Below are positions 48,296 through 58,344 of a stretch of 64,000 bases of DNA, in pieces. The first letter of the stretch is position 1. Each line of letters starts with the position of its first letter. Position numbers and translations under genes: made by a program. The stretch lies in IMG/VR virus record IMGVR_UViG_3300025009_000099, positions 928 through 64,927 of that record; one strand, given 5' to 3'. The stretch comes from a virus (Duplodnaviria; Caudoviricetes). The notes beneath the pieces are model-generated. The model saw only the letters and a list, made by a program, of their open reading frames with translations, was not told the DNA's origin and ran no database searches.

Positions 48296-48694
48296 TCAAT
48301 TGACTGCGGCGATTACCTCGCCAATGTTAAGGGAGTGGACCTGTGTAGCGACAAGGGGTCTGTTGGGAAGAAGGGGACCGGCCATGTAAAAAGTACCGAC
48401 TGTTGCCGCGCTCCATATCCCTATGTGTGTAACTGTGTACCCTGCTGAACCTGCTGCAACTGTCCAAGAGGCCGCCAAATCGGACAGGCACATTCCCGTC
48501 CCTACAACTGGATCGTCAAAAGTAATAGCCTTCCGTATATAATCTGCATCAGTACCGACTACAACCTCATTAGCTCCTGTCTCTCCTGGATCATCTGTAT
48601 GTAAAGAGACAAACCATGCCGTTGGTCTGGTAACTGCCGTAGTAGTAAACATAAAGGTAACAATCAAATCTTCTGCTGCATTTGAAAAGCTCAT
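48296..48694 (-). CDS. Small virion structural protein (fibre-associated family)
   Basis: FVSLHTDDPGETGANEV...YIRKAITF...VTHIGIWSAAT. Confidence 0.6.
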   Translation of the reverse strand: MSFSNAAEDLIVTFMFTTTAVTRPTAWFVSLHTDDPGETGANEVVVGTDADYIRKAITFDDPVVGTGMCLSDLAASWTVAAGSAGYTVTHIGIWSAATVGTFYMAGPLLPNRPLVATQVHSLNIGEVIAAVN

Positions 48695-48697
48695 ATA

Positions 48698-49195
48698 TCA
48701 CCCCACCAGTGCGAAGCCAACAGGGACACGTAAGGCTCCACCGTTAGAATTGATTATTTCAGGAGACGGAAACAGAACTCCTGAACAGAACACTCCAGTA
48801 GTTCCATCCCATGTTGGAGACGAAGAAATAAAAGCTCCTCTGACTGTTACTCCAGCAGCAAATTCAAAAATGTTTGGATCGGCAAGCGTAGTCAATGTCG
48901 CGTTGGCAACAGCTGGAAACGTAATGGCTTGTCGTGCTGTACCTGTATAAGACTTGACCTCACCGCAAGCAGCTATCATCTCAACCATTGTATCTGTAGC
49001 AATCGGTTGGTAGTTATTGCCATACAAGCCTAGATACCAGGTTGCATATTGCGATCCTCCAGTAAACGCTGCTGCGAGCATGTAATTCAGCTCCACAGTT
49101 GGCATTATATTATGAACTTGCTGCACCGACAAAACATCTCCGTCAGGTCCAAGGCGTTCAATGGTATAAACAAACCCTATTTTTTGTATCTCCAT
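48698..49195 (-). CDS. Small virion structural protein (fibre-associated family)
   Basis: HNIMPTVELNYML..WYLGL..Y..TARQ..VRGAFI. Confidence 0.55.
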   Translation of the reverse strand: MEIQKIGFVYTIERLGPDGDVLSVQQVHNIMPTVELNYMLAAAFTGGSQYATWYLGLYGNNYQPIATDTMVEMIAACGEVKSYTGTARQAITFPAVANATLTTLADPNIFEFAAGVTVRGAFISSSPTWDGTTGVFCSGVLFPSPEIINSNGGALRVPVGFALVG

Positions 49196-50424
49196 TATGC
49201 TCTCCGAATTTGTTCTGCAGTTATCCAACTACTTGCTGCCATAGATGACATTGATGAATCTTTAAGACTTGCTATTGCTTGTTTTATTCCATTTTCTTCC
49301 CTAATCAGCATAGCTCCTTTATCACTATAATCTGGTGCTACTTGATTCTCTTGCATGTTTTTTATTTCTCCTCCATTTCCTGCCATTATTAAACCTCGCG
49401 TTGAAAACCAATATACATTTCCGTTTGCATGTTTTTGACCTGTACCAAGAGCAGCACCATATTCAAGTTTGGTTAATTGCCGAAAATTCTCAGGCCCACT
49501 ACCAGCAAAGAAATAAGTCTTATCAGCAACAATCCAAACACCATCATCTACTGGCTCAACAACAGTTATGTCATTGCTGAATTGAAAAACACTATTACTT
49601 AATTGTGAAACAAGATCAGTTGAATATGCTTCAGTTACATAAAGCAAATTATCTTTTGCAATCAAAAGTCTACCATTATGTTCTCGAATAATTTGTCCAG
49701 CAGGTGGTTTTGTCATGAATAATGTTTCAAGAACCTTTTCACCATCATAAGCTAGTGTTACTGAATAACTCAGCGTTCCAATCGCAACATCTCCACACTG
49801 ATAAAAGACTTGACCATTCGCTGTAGTCATGTACAATCGTATTCCAATAACCTGACTATCACTAGAAGATGGAAGACTAGTGAAAACAATACTACTATTT
49901 TCTGTCACTGAAACTGAAACAATGTCACTTGCTCCAGATTCATTACCAAGTGCATCATAAAAAGTCAGGCAACATAAATAAACTCCTGCACCAAATATTC
50001 CAGTAGAAGAATAAACTACTGGAGCAGGTGGATTACTCATGCCCCAATTCTGTGCAGTACCATTTAAAATCTTTTTTCCTCTCAAACCATCACTAAAAAA
50101 CAACTCATTGTTATGTTCATAATGAGCAAAAGTATCACCAAGTATTCCACCTGAAATATCAGTTGTTGTCCAATCAGTATTAACTTTTTTAAGTACCGTT
50201 CCATCAACTACAAACTGACCTTGTGAACAAGAAAAACCATATTTCATATTAAGACCACTACATTTCTTTGTGCTTCCATTCCGCAGTTTGATTTTACCTG
50301 CATTAGTAAAATCAACACTTACAGCATTTCTAACTCTTGCGTTTGAATCGTCTGAATTAACTGGCAAGGAATAATCTTCCGCACGATTATTCATGCCCTT
50401 AAAAGGCCCAAGTGCAAGTTTCAT
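49195..50424 (-). CDS. Putative tail hub/stabilisation protein
   Basis: GPFKGMNN...NAVSVDF..GKIKLR; follows the adaptor gene. Confidence 0.55.
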   Translation of the reverse strand: MKLALGPFKGMNNRAEDYSLPVNSDDSNARVRNAVSVDFTNAGKIKLRNGSTKKCSGLNMKYGFSCSQGQFVVDGTVLKKVNTDWTTTDISGGILGDTFAHYEHNNELFFSDGLRGKKILNGTAQNWGMSNPPAPVVYSSTGIFGAGVYLCCLTFYDALGNESGASDIVSVSVTENSSIVFTSLPSSSDSQVIGIRLYMTTANGQVFYQCGDVAIGTLSYSVTLAYDGEKVLETLFMTKPPAGQIIREHNGRLLIAKDNLLYVTEAYSTDLVSQLSNSVFQFSNDITVVEPVDDGVWIVADKTYFFAGSGPENFRQLTKLEYGAALGTGQKHANGNVYWFSTRGLIMAGNGGEIKNMQENQVAPDYSDKGAMLIREENGIKQAIASLKDSSMSSMAASSWITAEQIRRA

Positions 50425-50435
50425 TTTTATCTCCT

Positions 50436-51104
50436 TTACCTGAGCATTAATCCACGAGTATATGACGGAATCATTAGTTCCAATGTTCTCATAGCTTCAA
50501 GGAAAAATCTTTTATATTTAAGCATATTTTTCATTTCATCATCTTTATCATCTTCAAGTCTTTCGTATGCTTTCCACACACCAAAATTAACTAGGAGCGC
50601 TTCTTGCAAATGCTCTGGAATTCCATCTGGAGTATCAGCATCATTAACCATATTAACTGGCTTTCTATAATAATGTAATGTTACCGCTGCACTAGATGTA
50701 GGAATTCCTTGATAATATAACTTTCTTCCATGTTCAATTATTTCAGAAATCTTACCAGACTTATTTAATAACGGATAAGTTTCTGCAAACTCAATAAATG
50801 AATGTGCTATATTAATCTCACTTCCAGTAGATGAAACTGCTAATTGCAAATCTCTATGAAAATTAGTAGGCATCGCTACATAAGCAGCTATAGTTGAAGT
50901 ATTTACAGTACCTATAGTAAACAATTCTGGCAATGGTGAAGTAAGTGAATTTGGTAATGGATTCTCAATTCCATCTAGCAACGAAGGCAATCCACCAGCA
51001 ATTTCATAAACTCCCCTATTAATAAAGCCCCCTAAATAATCAAATATTGCAGGATTATCAACAAGAATATTTACTTTATCTATTAGTGATGAAAAAGTAG
51101 CCAT
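50436..51104 (-). CDS. Head-tail adaptor protein
   Basis: YYQGIP...LHYYRKP...DTPDGIPEHLQEALLV. Confidence 0.6.
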   Translation of the reverse strand: MATFSSLIDKVNILVDNPAIFDYLGGFINRGVYEIAGGLPSLLDGIENPLPNSLTSPLPELFTIGTVNTSTIAAYVAMPTNFHRDLQLAVSSTGSEINIAHSFIEFAETYPLLNKSGKISEIIEHGRKLYYQGIPTSSAAVTLHYYRKPVNMVNDADTPDGIPEHLQEALLVNFGVWKAYERLEDDKDDEMKNMLKYKRFFLEAMRTLELMIPSYTRGLMLR

Positions 51105-51112
51105 AATTTTCC

Positions 51113-51352
51113 TTATAAATCATCTGGCGTTATTGGTGTAGTTATAAAATTTTCTTCAGGTTCAGGTCTATGCACTGGAACACTTTGTTTCTCACCTAAC
51201 GGTTTCGGATCAGTATAATGTGGATGCTTCTCTTCCCAACAAGTATCAGCACAAACAAACAACTTATCCCAAGTCATTCTGCATTCAGATGCATAACGCT
51301 GGAATCCACATTGATCACAAATTACTAAATAATCACCAGGTTTATATGACAT
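51113..51352 (-). CDS. Small Zn-binding phage protein
   Basis: ICDQCGF...VCADTCWEEKHP. Confidence 0.6.
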   Translation of the reverse strand: MSYKPGDYLVICDQCGFQRYASECRMTWDKLFVCADTCWEEKHPHYTDPKPLGEKQSVPVHRPEPEENFITTPITPDDL

Positions 51353-51825
51353 TATTCAAAAATCTCCCATGCTTGTCTATAAAAATTATTCCAAGTTTGC
51401 CTATGTGGTCTGCCAGGTCTCCAGGCTTCGATGTATTGTGCCCAAGATTTCTCATAGTCATCTTTTTGAGGCAGAGTGTCTGGTAATGTCCATAACAATA
51501 AACGAGCAAATGCAGTAGCTAAAGCATCATTATGTTCGATAGCCAAGTAACTTGTAGAAACACTCCTATCGTATTGAAGCCTATCAAGAACTCCTTTGAT
51601 AATCATGCCAGTTTGATAATGCTGCAAAACTCCAGCTACTCCACCCATTTTCTCAAACTGATAAAAACCTCTTGCTGGACCACCAACTTGCCGACGATAA
51701 ATAAATCTAGATTCCTGTAAGCCTATTGTTAATAACATAGCTATTGCAGCAGGAGAAGTCATTTGCTTTGGAAGTAAAGCTAATCCAGGATAAATTACAA
51801 CTTGTAAAATATCAGAAATTTTCAT
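51352..51825 (-). CDS. Putative endolysin (lysozyme-like fold)
   Basis: IGLQESRF..RRQ..GPARGFYQFE; WRPGRPH. Confidence 0.65.
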   Translation of the reverse strand: MKISDILQVVIYPGLALLPKQMTSPAAIAMLLTIGLQESRFIYRRQVGGPARGFYQFEKMGGVAGVLQHYQTGMIIKGVLDRLQYDRSVSTSYLAIEHNDALATAFARLLLWTLPDTLPQKDDYEKSWAQYIEAWRPGRPHRQTWNNFYRQAWEIFE

Positions 51826-51839
51826 TTAATTATCTTTAC

Positions 51840-52568
51840 TCATATATGTATCCCTAACACTTTCTTGGCAAACACACATTCTCCATTCTTAAGTACCTCA
51901 GCAAAGTCATCAAGATTCATAATCCAATAACCTTTCCGCCTAAGATTCCAATTCGGCCAAGAGTTAGGTCCGCCAATCAAACGCTGATGCAAATTAACAA
52001 ATGTAGCTGCTGTGCAATGTCCCCCAACTACGCCACCAGTCGGAACACTCAATCCATCCTCTCGTGGCTCCATCATTCCATCTGTCCACGCCAGTCCAAG
52101 AACTGCACTACCATAATAAGCAATACCTCGGATAACTTCATCAACTGTTTTAGCCCTGCAATATGATTCAATCAATCCCTCTTTCTTGGCGGTCTGCATA
52201 GTAGCAGCGAGAGACGTTCCATAGCTAATAGGATTCGATCCAGGTCGTTCAGATCCAGGCCATTGATCATTGTCCTGTACTCTGAAATAAAACTGCAAAG
52301 CCCACTCATCTCCAAGCGAACAAATGTTCGGTTCATGCTCAAGGAAAGCAGCAAACCCAAAACCAGCACAAGCACTCCACTTGCGTTGATTAAGTCCAGG
52401 ATCACTAAACTTCTTAACTCGATACTTGCTAATTAGCTCTCGTTCACTAAGGTCTATACCACCATCTGGTGCAGCCATAGAAAGAAGGTTCGGTGCAGTT
52501 GGATCTGGCTGAAAAATAAGACCACATCGTGTGTCTCTAGTTTCTGTTTTGCCATCTTTAAGTATCAT
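51840..52568 (-). CDS. Papain-like (C1) cysteine peptidase
   Basis: Q..SACAGF, GGHC, NSW catalytic motifs. Confidence 0.7.
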   Translation of the reverse strand: MILKDGKTETRDTRCGLIFQPDPTAPNLLSMAAPDGGIDLSERELISKYRVKKFSDPGLNQRKWSACAGFGFAAFLEHEPNICSLGDEWALQFYFRVQDNDQWPGSERPGSNPISYGTSLAATMQTAKKEGLIESYCRAKTVDEVIRGIAYYGSAVLGLAWTDGMMEPREDGLSVPTGGVVGGHCTAATFVNLHQRLIGGPNSWPNWNLRRKGYWIMNLDDFAEVLKNGECVFAKKVLGIHI

Positions 52569-53059
52569 AATTGTACCTTGCGAATTTCATTAATGAGTAG
52601 TGCCAAGTTACTTTCCTGGGCATCCTTCAAGTCGGATATTGATTTTTCCAAATTACCAAATCTCACTTTACTGGCAATGTCGCGCTCAGTGGAGAGTTCA
52701 TGACAATTCTGCTGCATACCCAGACAAGCAGGTCTGGTAATAAACCGAGGCTCACCATCAGCGAGTTTGAAGAGATCAAGAACATCTTTAATTGCCGCCC
52801 TGAGTTCAGCGATGTCGCTAGCATGTGCTCCCATTTCCGAATTCAGCTGCGAGATCGACGCTCGTGCTACGTTGAGATCATCGAGCTTCTGAGTAAGTTC
52901 TGAGATTTTTTTATCTTGCTCATCCACTCGCTCCTTATTCCTGGCTATCGACTCCTTTTCTCTTTGAATTTTACTTCCCAAGCTAATTAATGAAAGTCCC
53001 CACCCTACCAAAATTCCGACTACAGCGGCAAGAGCCAAGAAACCGCTCGTCTCAACCAT
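52565..53059 (-). CDS. Single-TM coiled-coil protein (holin/spanin-like candidate)
   Basis: N-terminal TM helix then coiled coil; in lysis region. Confidence 0.45.
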   Translation of the reverse strand: MVETSGFLALAAVVGILVGWGLSLISLGSKIQREKESIARNKERVDEQDKKISELTQKLDDLNVARASISQLNSEMGAHASDIAELRAAIKDVLDLFKLADGEPRFITRPACLGMQQNCHELSTERDIASKVRFGNLEKSISDLKDAQESNLALLINEIRKVQL

Positions 53060-53597
53060 CTAAATCTCCCTTATCGTAAAGTGCGTCCTCGCTGTTCATG
53101 TGTCTTTCATCAGGTCGTTCATAATACTTTTTTCGAGCCTCGATCAGTCGCCCCAGTCGGTGCTGTACAACTGGGTTCCACAGCGGATCAATATCCTCGG
53201 AACGATTCGTGGAGAACCACGAGAAAAATACCACTCCAATAGTACTGACCGCAGTCAGATACAAACCACTCACTGTCAGCATAAGTTTTATCTTCGGCCA
53301 GACGTCCAAGTCAGCGGCATGGATGAGTGAGACACAGTTCAGAAAAAACCTTCCATTAGCTCCTAAGAAAGCAGACAAGTTCTTGGTCGAGCAGGCCCAC
53401 TCAACGTCATGACAAAGGCCGGCCGGATTGAGATAAACTTTCCCAAAACGGTCAGGAACTATCTTATCTCCCCAGCCACTGCCAGCGCCGAGGAATGTTG
53501 GCCACGCTTCTGGTGGCAGATCGTGCGGCCAGATAGGTTCCAGGAAATCCGGAACAGTAAGTTTCGCTCCCCAGCAAGGTATCTCGACAAAGTTCAT
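53052..53597 (-). CDS. DUF1353/PLA2-like membrane protein
   Basis: GAGSGWG..VPD...PAGLCHD; C-terminal TM; start reassigned to MNFVEIP. Confidence 0.4.
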   Translation of the reverse strand: MNFVEIPCWGAKLTVPDFLEPIWPHDLPPEAWPTFLGAGSGWGDKIVPDRFGKVYLNPAGLCHDVEWACSTKNLSAFLGANGRFFLNCVSLIHAADLDVWPKIKLMLTVSGLYLTAVSTIGVVFFSWFSTNRSEDIDPLWNPVVQHRLGRLIEARKKYYERPDERHMNSEDALYDKGDLDG

Positions 53598-53779
53598 TTT
53601 GTACACACCTTCACTCCGGTTGGGAGTTTTTTGAACCACTCGCACGTGTCGCCAGCTCGGCCGTTGTAATCGAAAGAAAAGCATGGATTACTCATATCAC
53701 AGTATCGATCTTTAACTCCATGAATTCCTTTTTCATCCTTATCCATCATATGTAAACTTATTTCTGCAATCACCCTCAT
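53594..53779 (-). CDS. Small hypothetical protein
   Basis: GGAGG RBS; coupled to the next ORF. Confidence 0.45.
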   Translation of the reverse strand: MRVIAEISLHMMDKDEKGIHGVKDRYCDMSNPCFSFDYNGRAGDTCEWFKKLPTGVKVCTK

Positions 53780-53807
53780 CTCTCCCTCCAGGAAGTAAAG
53801 ATAAACC

Positions 53808-53891
53808 TCAGTCGCAATCTTCGTTTGAATAATTACATATTGGACATCTTGGACCGGTGTATCTGTGCCCGCAGTGTGTGCAGGTCACCAT
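53808..53891 (-). CDS. 27-aa zinc-ribbon microprotein
   Basis: Own translation MVTCTHCGHRYTGPRCPICNYSNEDCD; overlaps the upstream stop. Confidence 0.4.
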   Translation of the reverse strand: MVTCTHCGHRYTGPRCPICNYSNEDCD

Positions 53892-54568
53892 TGCATCGTC
53901 ACGGTTTTGCTGGTATCTTTGTAAGGAGCATGCAAATAAATACCCCCATGACTGGTTCCGGTGTCGTTATCGCCTTCGCCGTTCGGTCCTATGCCCGGCT
54001 TATAGACAAATCCATACATGGCCGCCTTGGAGTTTCGGCTGCAGTTTTCTTGATCCCGGCAGTTCTTCAATGGGTTTTTAATGATGAAAGTCTTGCCACT
54101 TGAGAAGGTAAACTTGATCGGTCCCGCCCCCAAATCTTTCCCGCTCTTTGGAATCCTCCATGCTTGCCGCCCGCCGTTGCGAACACCGTAACTGGTATAG
54201 GTCGCGCTGTGGGTGTAGCCCTCGGAAGGTTTATCCGGTGTGCCAGGTGTAGTGGCCCCAGAAATAAACGAGTAGTTGGCGCCGCTGGCCATCTTAATAA
54301 CCATCTTCAATGGTCGGACATATTGAGGGCCAGACTTTGACATGAGAAACACCGGGCAACCCTTATATGATTTCCCCTTCCGTGCCACCTCATTATTGAC
54401 TGTGACGGCCACAACATCAGTATCTTTCAAAGTCCTGAAAAGGATACATGCCGCGCCGTTGCCCTGATCTGAATCATTTTCCCAGCTTACTGTATAAGGA
54501 AAAGGTTTCAGGCCTGCGGGAGGTGGTGTGTCGGTCCATGTATGTTTGCATTTCGGACAGGTTGGCAT
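53885..54568 (-). CDS. Hypothetical protein (N-terminal CPKC)
   Basis: GAGGAG RBS; two domains joined by a Pro/Thr linker. Confidence 0.55.
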   Translation of the reverse strand: MPTCPKCKHTWTDTPPPAGLKPFPYTVSWENDSDQGNGAACILFRTLKDTDVVAVTVNNEVARKGKSYKGCPVFLMSKSGPQYVRPLKMVIKMASGANYSFISGATTPGTPDKPSEGYTHSATYTSYGVRNGGRQAWRIPKSGKDLGAGPIKFTFSSGKTFIIKNPLKNCRDQENCSRNSKAAMYGFVYKPGIGPNGEGDNDTGTSHGGIYLHAPYKDTSKTVTMQW

Positions 54569-54569
54569 C

Positions 54570-54899
54570 TTAGCTCTCCTCGAAATCACCCTGGCCGTCA
54601 GTCAGAGTATTCTCATCAGGCCCTTCTGGTTCAGCCACCTCCTCATCCGGTACATCAGGTATCTTCCTGGCAGCTTCATCGGCTAACCCAGGAAGGATGT
54701 TGAACGCGTCTCCCAAGACCTCCACAGCCTCAGCCATATCCTCTTTTTTAGTCACTATGACGGAGATGTTGATCACATTACCACCAGGAACACTTGCCTC
54801 GGGCTTTCCTCCGCTTGTTCCGGTTTGGCTGATCTTGATCGGTGCCGCGCACCCTGTTAAAAAACCTAATGCAATAATCGCTATCAATGCTTTTTTCAT
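54570..54899 (-). CDS. Lipoprotein
   Basis: MKKALIAIIALGFLTGC lipobox; acidic tail. Confidence 0.7.
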   Translation of the reverse strand: MKKALIAIIALGFLTGCAAPIKISQTGTSGGKPEASVPGGNVINISVIVTKKEDMAEAVEVLGDAFNILPGLADEAARKIPDVPDEEVAEPEGPDENTLTDGQGDFEES

Positions 54900-54912
54900 A
54901 TCATTTCCCCTA

Positions 54913-56751
54913 TTACTGCATATTTCCCAGCGGCACCGTGCCGCGAGATTGCGGTCCAATTACAGCACATTCCCCAACCTGGCAGGCCCCGTCGCACCAA
55001 TACAACCCCGACACTGCCTCACAAGTTTCTTGTGTCAAACATAAATCAGGATGACCAAAATCACATACTGGGTCAGGTGTGCTTCCTGGATTGGCGTATG
55101 CCAAAGTTATGGTGGGGTCAAACGTTTCTGTCAGCAATGTCTGGCTGGTATTGTTATTGTCGTGTAGCCGGTAGCTGTAGCGATACTCCTCGGTCACGAT
55201 TGCACCGAAATAAACATCCGTTATTCCACTGCTTGCCGGGAGGAAAGAATAAGAGTCTGCTGCCGCACCGCCTTGATAGATACTGCCGACTACCCTGGCC
55301 TGGGAGTTGTTGCCGGTCGTGTTATAGGTGTTGGCGTATGTCCGGTAATCTACATCCGAGCCGCTCTTTATAAACGTGTTGCCACTGAATAATGGGTAGC
55401 CATTACACCGGCTATAACTGTCACCCAATACCAGATTATACCCGCTGGATGTGACGGTATTGTTGAGCACAAATAGAGAATCAGAACTATTCGCAGAACA
55501 TGTTATCCCGATTGTATCAGATCCATCGCCAGTTACGGAAATGGTATTGTTCGAGAACGTGGCGACCATGCCCTGAACATACGCCCCAATAAACAGTCCT
55601 TTTCCGCCGCCATCTATGTATGCGGTTGCCCCTGTTGGAGAGTATGTGCCAGTGTATCTGTTGTCGGTAACAACGGTGATTTGATTATTATAAGCTACAG
55701 TGTCATAGGCATTCCAGGTTTGCCGTATCCCTGTCGCTGAATTGCCTGGATAAGTGGCACTCGGATCGTTCAGGTATTGGCTTCCGTATTCAACCCCTAG
55801 TGCTGTAATTTGCATATCCATGATATTTTCATAGATTACCACGTCATGATTGCCAGTTCCCCCTCCGGTCCCAACCCCAATAGGGTGTTCGCCTCGCCCA
55901 ATTATGGTGTTATCGTGTATGGAGATATTCGATCCCTCATATTGCCCCACGCCAGACGAATTTGTGGCAATTGACCGGATAGTGATATGGTTGCCATACA
56001 CCTCGGCGTTATTGCCAGTAACAATCCCTCGATGTCTGGTGTTGACAATAGTGTTATTTCGGTATACCGACCCGGTAGCGCTTGATGCGCTTTTTGCTCC
56101 TGTCAGAGCCTCAGACCCCTGCATCCGATTCTTGAGGGTGCCAAACTCGTAGGTATCCTCTATTGTATTCTGCTCATACAATCCATAACTCCCTGAGCAA
56201 ATAATTCCACCAACATCCCTACCCCCATATTTTACATATAGGTTCGCAACGTGAATATTATCTGCTGATCTAGTGCCTGCGAGGTCTGTGCTGTAAGTCC
56301 CGATAGGGTTATTCCCCCTGCCGTATTCATTGCCCTCAGACATGGCTGTGCCTTGGATAATTGACCCGTTACGAATTGAAATATGATGTTTATTCCATGC
56401 CCCGAAGGTCACTCCTTCGCCTGGATTGACGTTGTTATACGTGATTGAGTAGCCATTTAGGTCGATGACCACGTAATTTGCGGACACAGATATCGCTGTT
56501 GAATCCGCGGTGATATTTCCTTGCAGAATATATCGAGTGTTCGCCTGGTTCGCCTGGTATGGGGTTGAGTAGTTCCCCCCATCTACATTGACAGTGTATA
56601 TGACATCGGCAGCAAACGGGACCTCCTGGAGCGTGCAACTCCCCCAGTTCACAGTCGAAGGATCGCAAGTAGAGCCATCCCCTCCTAGGCCAAAGGCTGA
56701 AGAGTACAATGTTAGAAGGAGCAATGTAGTAAATAATTGTATTTTTCTCAT
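54913..56751 (-). CDS. Secreted right-handed beta-helix protein
   Basis: Signal peptide MRKIQLFTTLLLLTLYSSAFG; IDLNGY and xxNTI repeats; Cys-rich C-terminus. Confidence 0.7.
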   Translation of the reverse strand: MRKIQLFTTLLLLTLYSSAFGLGGDGSTCDPSTVNWGSCTLQEVPFAADVIYTVNVDGGNYSTPYQANQANTRYILQGNITADSTAISVSANYVVIDLNGYSITYNNVNPGEGVTFGAWNKHHISIRNGSIIQGTAMSEGNEYGRGNNPIGTYSTDLAGTRSADNIHVANLYVKYGGRDVGGIICSGSYGLYEQNTIEDTYEFGTLKNRMQGSEALTGAKSASSATGSVYRNNTIVNTRHRGIVTGNNAEVYGNHITIRSIATNSSGVGQYEGSNISIHDNTIIGRGEHPIGVGTGGGTGNHDVVIYENIMDMQITALGVEYGSQYLNDPSATYPGNSATGIRQTWNAYDTVAYNNQITVVTDNRYTGTYSPTGATAYIDGGGKGLFIGAYVQGMVATFSNNTISVTGDGSDTIGITCSANSSDSLFVLNNTVTSSGYNLVLGDSYSRCNGYPLFSGNTFIKSGSDVDYRTYANTYNTTGNNSQARVVGSIYQGGAAADSYSFLPASSGITDVYFGAIVTEEYRYSYRLHDNNNTSQTLLTETFDPTITLAYANPGSTPDPVCDFGHPDLCLTQETCEAVSGLYWCDGACQVGECAVIGPQSRGTVPLGNMQ

Positions 56752-56756
56752 TTTTA

Positions 56757-57518
56757 TCACCACGGCTTTGCCGCCTGCCAACCATTCAGTATTGCAAATT
56801 TGGTCACCTGCACATAGTCACCGGCAGTCATCGAAAACTCTCCCCGAGGGCCAACAGAGACCGATGTCAACGAGGGTCCGTCGGTCGCTGATAATTCGTC
56901 ATAATCATCATCCCACGTCCCGTCAGAGTTCACGGAGTGGTCCCGGTTCGGTCTATCCCACGTGTAGGCAATATCAATCCATGTCCCGGCTGTTATGGCA
57001 ACATCCCCATATGCTGACATAGATGCTGCGCCAATCCGATGATATCCGACGATGTTTCTCGTACTATTTACGGCTATTTTCAGATAATTTGTCGCGTCAT
57101 AATTGGCCGCGAAAAGGATAGTGTTGCCTAGTGGAGTAGCGTTTACATACACCCTCACCCAAACCGTCTGTACTCCATTGATATCAAGAGGCACCCCGCC
57201 ACTATTCGGCCATGTGATGTACTCGTTTACTGCGTCTCCCTTGATGCCGATATCGGGAGATCCCTCACCATAATCGGTTCCAATGTCGAGCGCCCCCACT
57301 ACCGTGCCATCTACTTCAGTCCCGCTACCATTGCAGCCATAATCAGTGCCTGATGTGTGACTACCGTCCCACGCAAAAAGATAGGTGCCGGACATGCAGG
57401 ATGCGCCGCCGCCTCCTTGCCCCTTCGCCATTCCTATGACACTCATGATCTGCTGACTGCCGGCAAATGACAGCCCCGGAATCAGCAATAAAATCAATAC
57501 CAGTATGAGTTTTTTCAT
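56757..57518 (-). CDS. Secreted LamG/ConA-like protein
   Basis: Signal peptide MKKLILVLILLLIPGLSFA; TVWVRVY...GTWIDIAYTWD. Confidence 0.6.
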   Translation of the reverse strand: MKKLILVLILLLIPGLSFAGSQQIMSVIGMAKGQGGGGASCMSGTYLFAWDGSHTSGTDYGCNGSGTEVDGTVVGALDIGTDYGEGSPDIGIKGDAVNEYITWPNSGGVPLDINGVQTVWVRVYVNATPLGNTILFAANYDATNYLKIAVNSTRNIVGYHRIGAASMSAYGDVAITAGTWIDIAYTWDRPNRDHSVNSDGTWDDDYDELSATDGPSLTSVSVGPRGEFSMTAGDYVQVTKFAILNGWQAAKPW

Positions 57519-57519
57519 A

Positions 57520-58344
57520 TCAGTTTCCTGTGTCCGTCCAATGCGTTCCGAGTACCGTCCCAGACCAGCAATAATACCCATCCGCCGAGTAGTATTGGCA
57601 GGTGATCGTGTCTCCTGCCGCACTGGTATTGGTTGCCTTATCTCCATCGTCCAGCGTAACCCCATCCAAAATCATTTTATCGGCTGCATTTACGTCCAGG
57701 CTGACGACGATATTTCCGATGGTGACAACCGTAAAATTCATTCCCGACAAGACGGCAGGGGCTGTAATGGTTGAAGTTGCAGTTACATATACTGTGCCAC
57801 CGTAAGCCTCATCCGGTGAGTCGGTACCGATGGTATAACTTGTTGCTGTGCTCGTTGTCGCTGTTTTATGGACCCCCAAAACGTGGAACTCAATATCTCC
57901 CTCAACGAGTTTGACCGCCCCTGCCTCATTATAAATCTCTTCAATTCCGCCACCTTGTGGGGAAATGGCTGTATTGTTTGGCAGATCGGATGTCCTGTAC
58001 CCATCAGCCGCCAAGGTAGCGAGTTTGGTCACGCTGAGGGTATCGGTGGTCTTGTTATAGGTCAGCCCGGCATCGCCGCCGAAAACTCCGCCGTCATTAA
58101 ACTGGACATAAGTATCCGATCCTCCTGGTGTGCCACTGCCGAATGCAGAGAATAGAACATTCTTCGTCTGCCACTGAGGTGCCGATTCCGAGTCTACGAT
58201 AAGAACCTTGTCACCAGCAACAGGTGTAGTCTTCGTAGCATAACTGGACTGTGGAGCTTTGAGAGGCATATCCGTCATTTTATTTTGATTTCCAGCACAA
58301 GCTGTCAAGGACAACAACAAACTTATCACTAAGAGTTTTCTCAT
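57520..58344 (-). CDS. Lipoprotein with tail-fibre-like motifs
   Basis: MRKLLVISLLLSLTAC lipobox; TTPVAGDKVLIVDS and PGGSDTYVQFNDGGVFGG. Confidence 0.65.
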   Translation of the reverse strand: MRKLLVISLLLSLTACAGNQNKMTDMPLKAPQSSYATKTTPVAGDKVLIVDSESAPQWQTKNVLFSAFGSGTPGGSDTYVQFNDGGVFGGDAGLTYNKTTDTLSVTKLATLAADGYRTSDLPNNTAISPQGGGIEEIYNEAGAVKLVEGDIEFHVLGVHKTATTSTATSYTIGTDSPDEAYGGTVYVTATSTITAPAVLSGMNFTVVTIGNIVVSLDVNAADKMILDGVTLDDGDKATNTSAAGDTITCQYYSADGYYCWSGTVLGTHWTDTGN

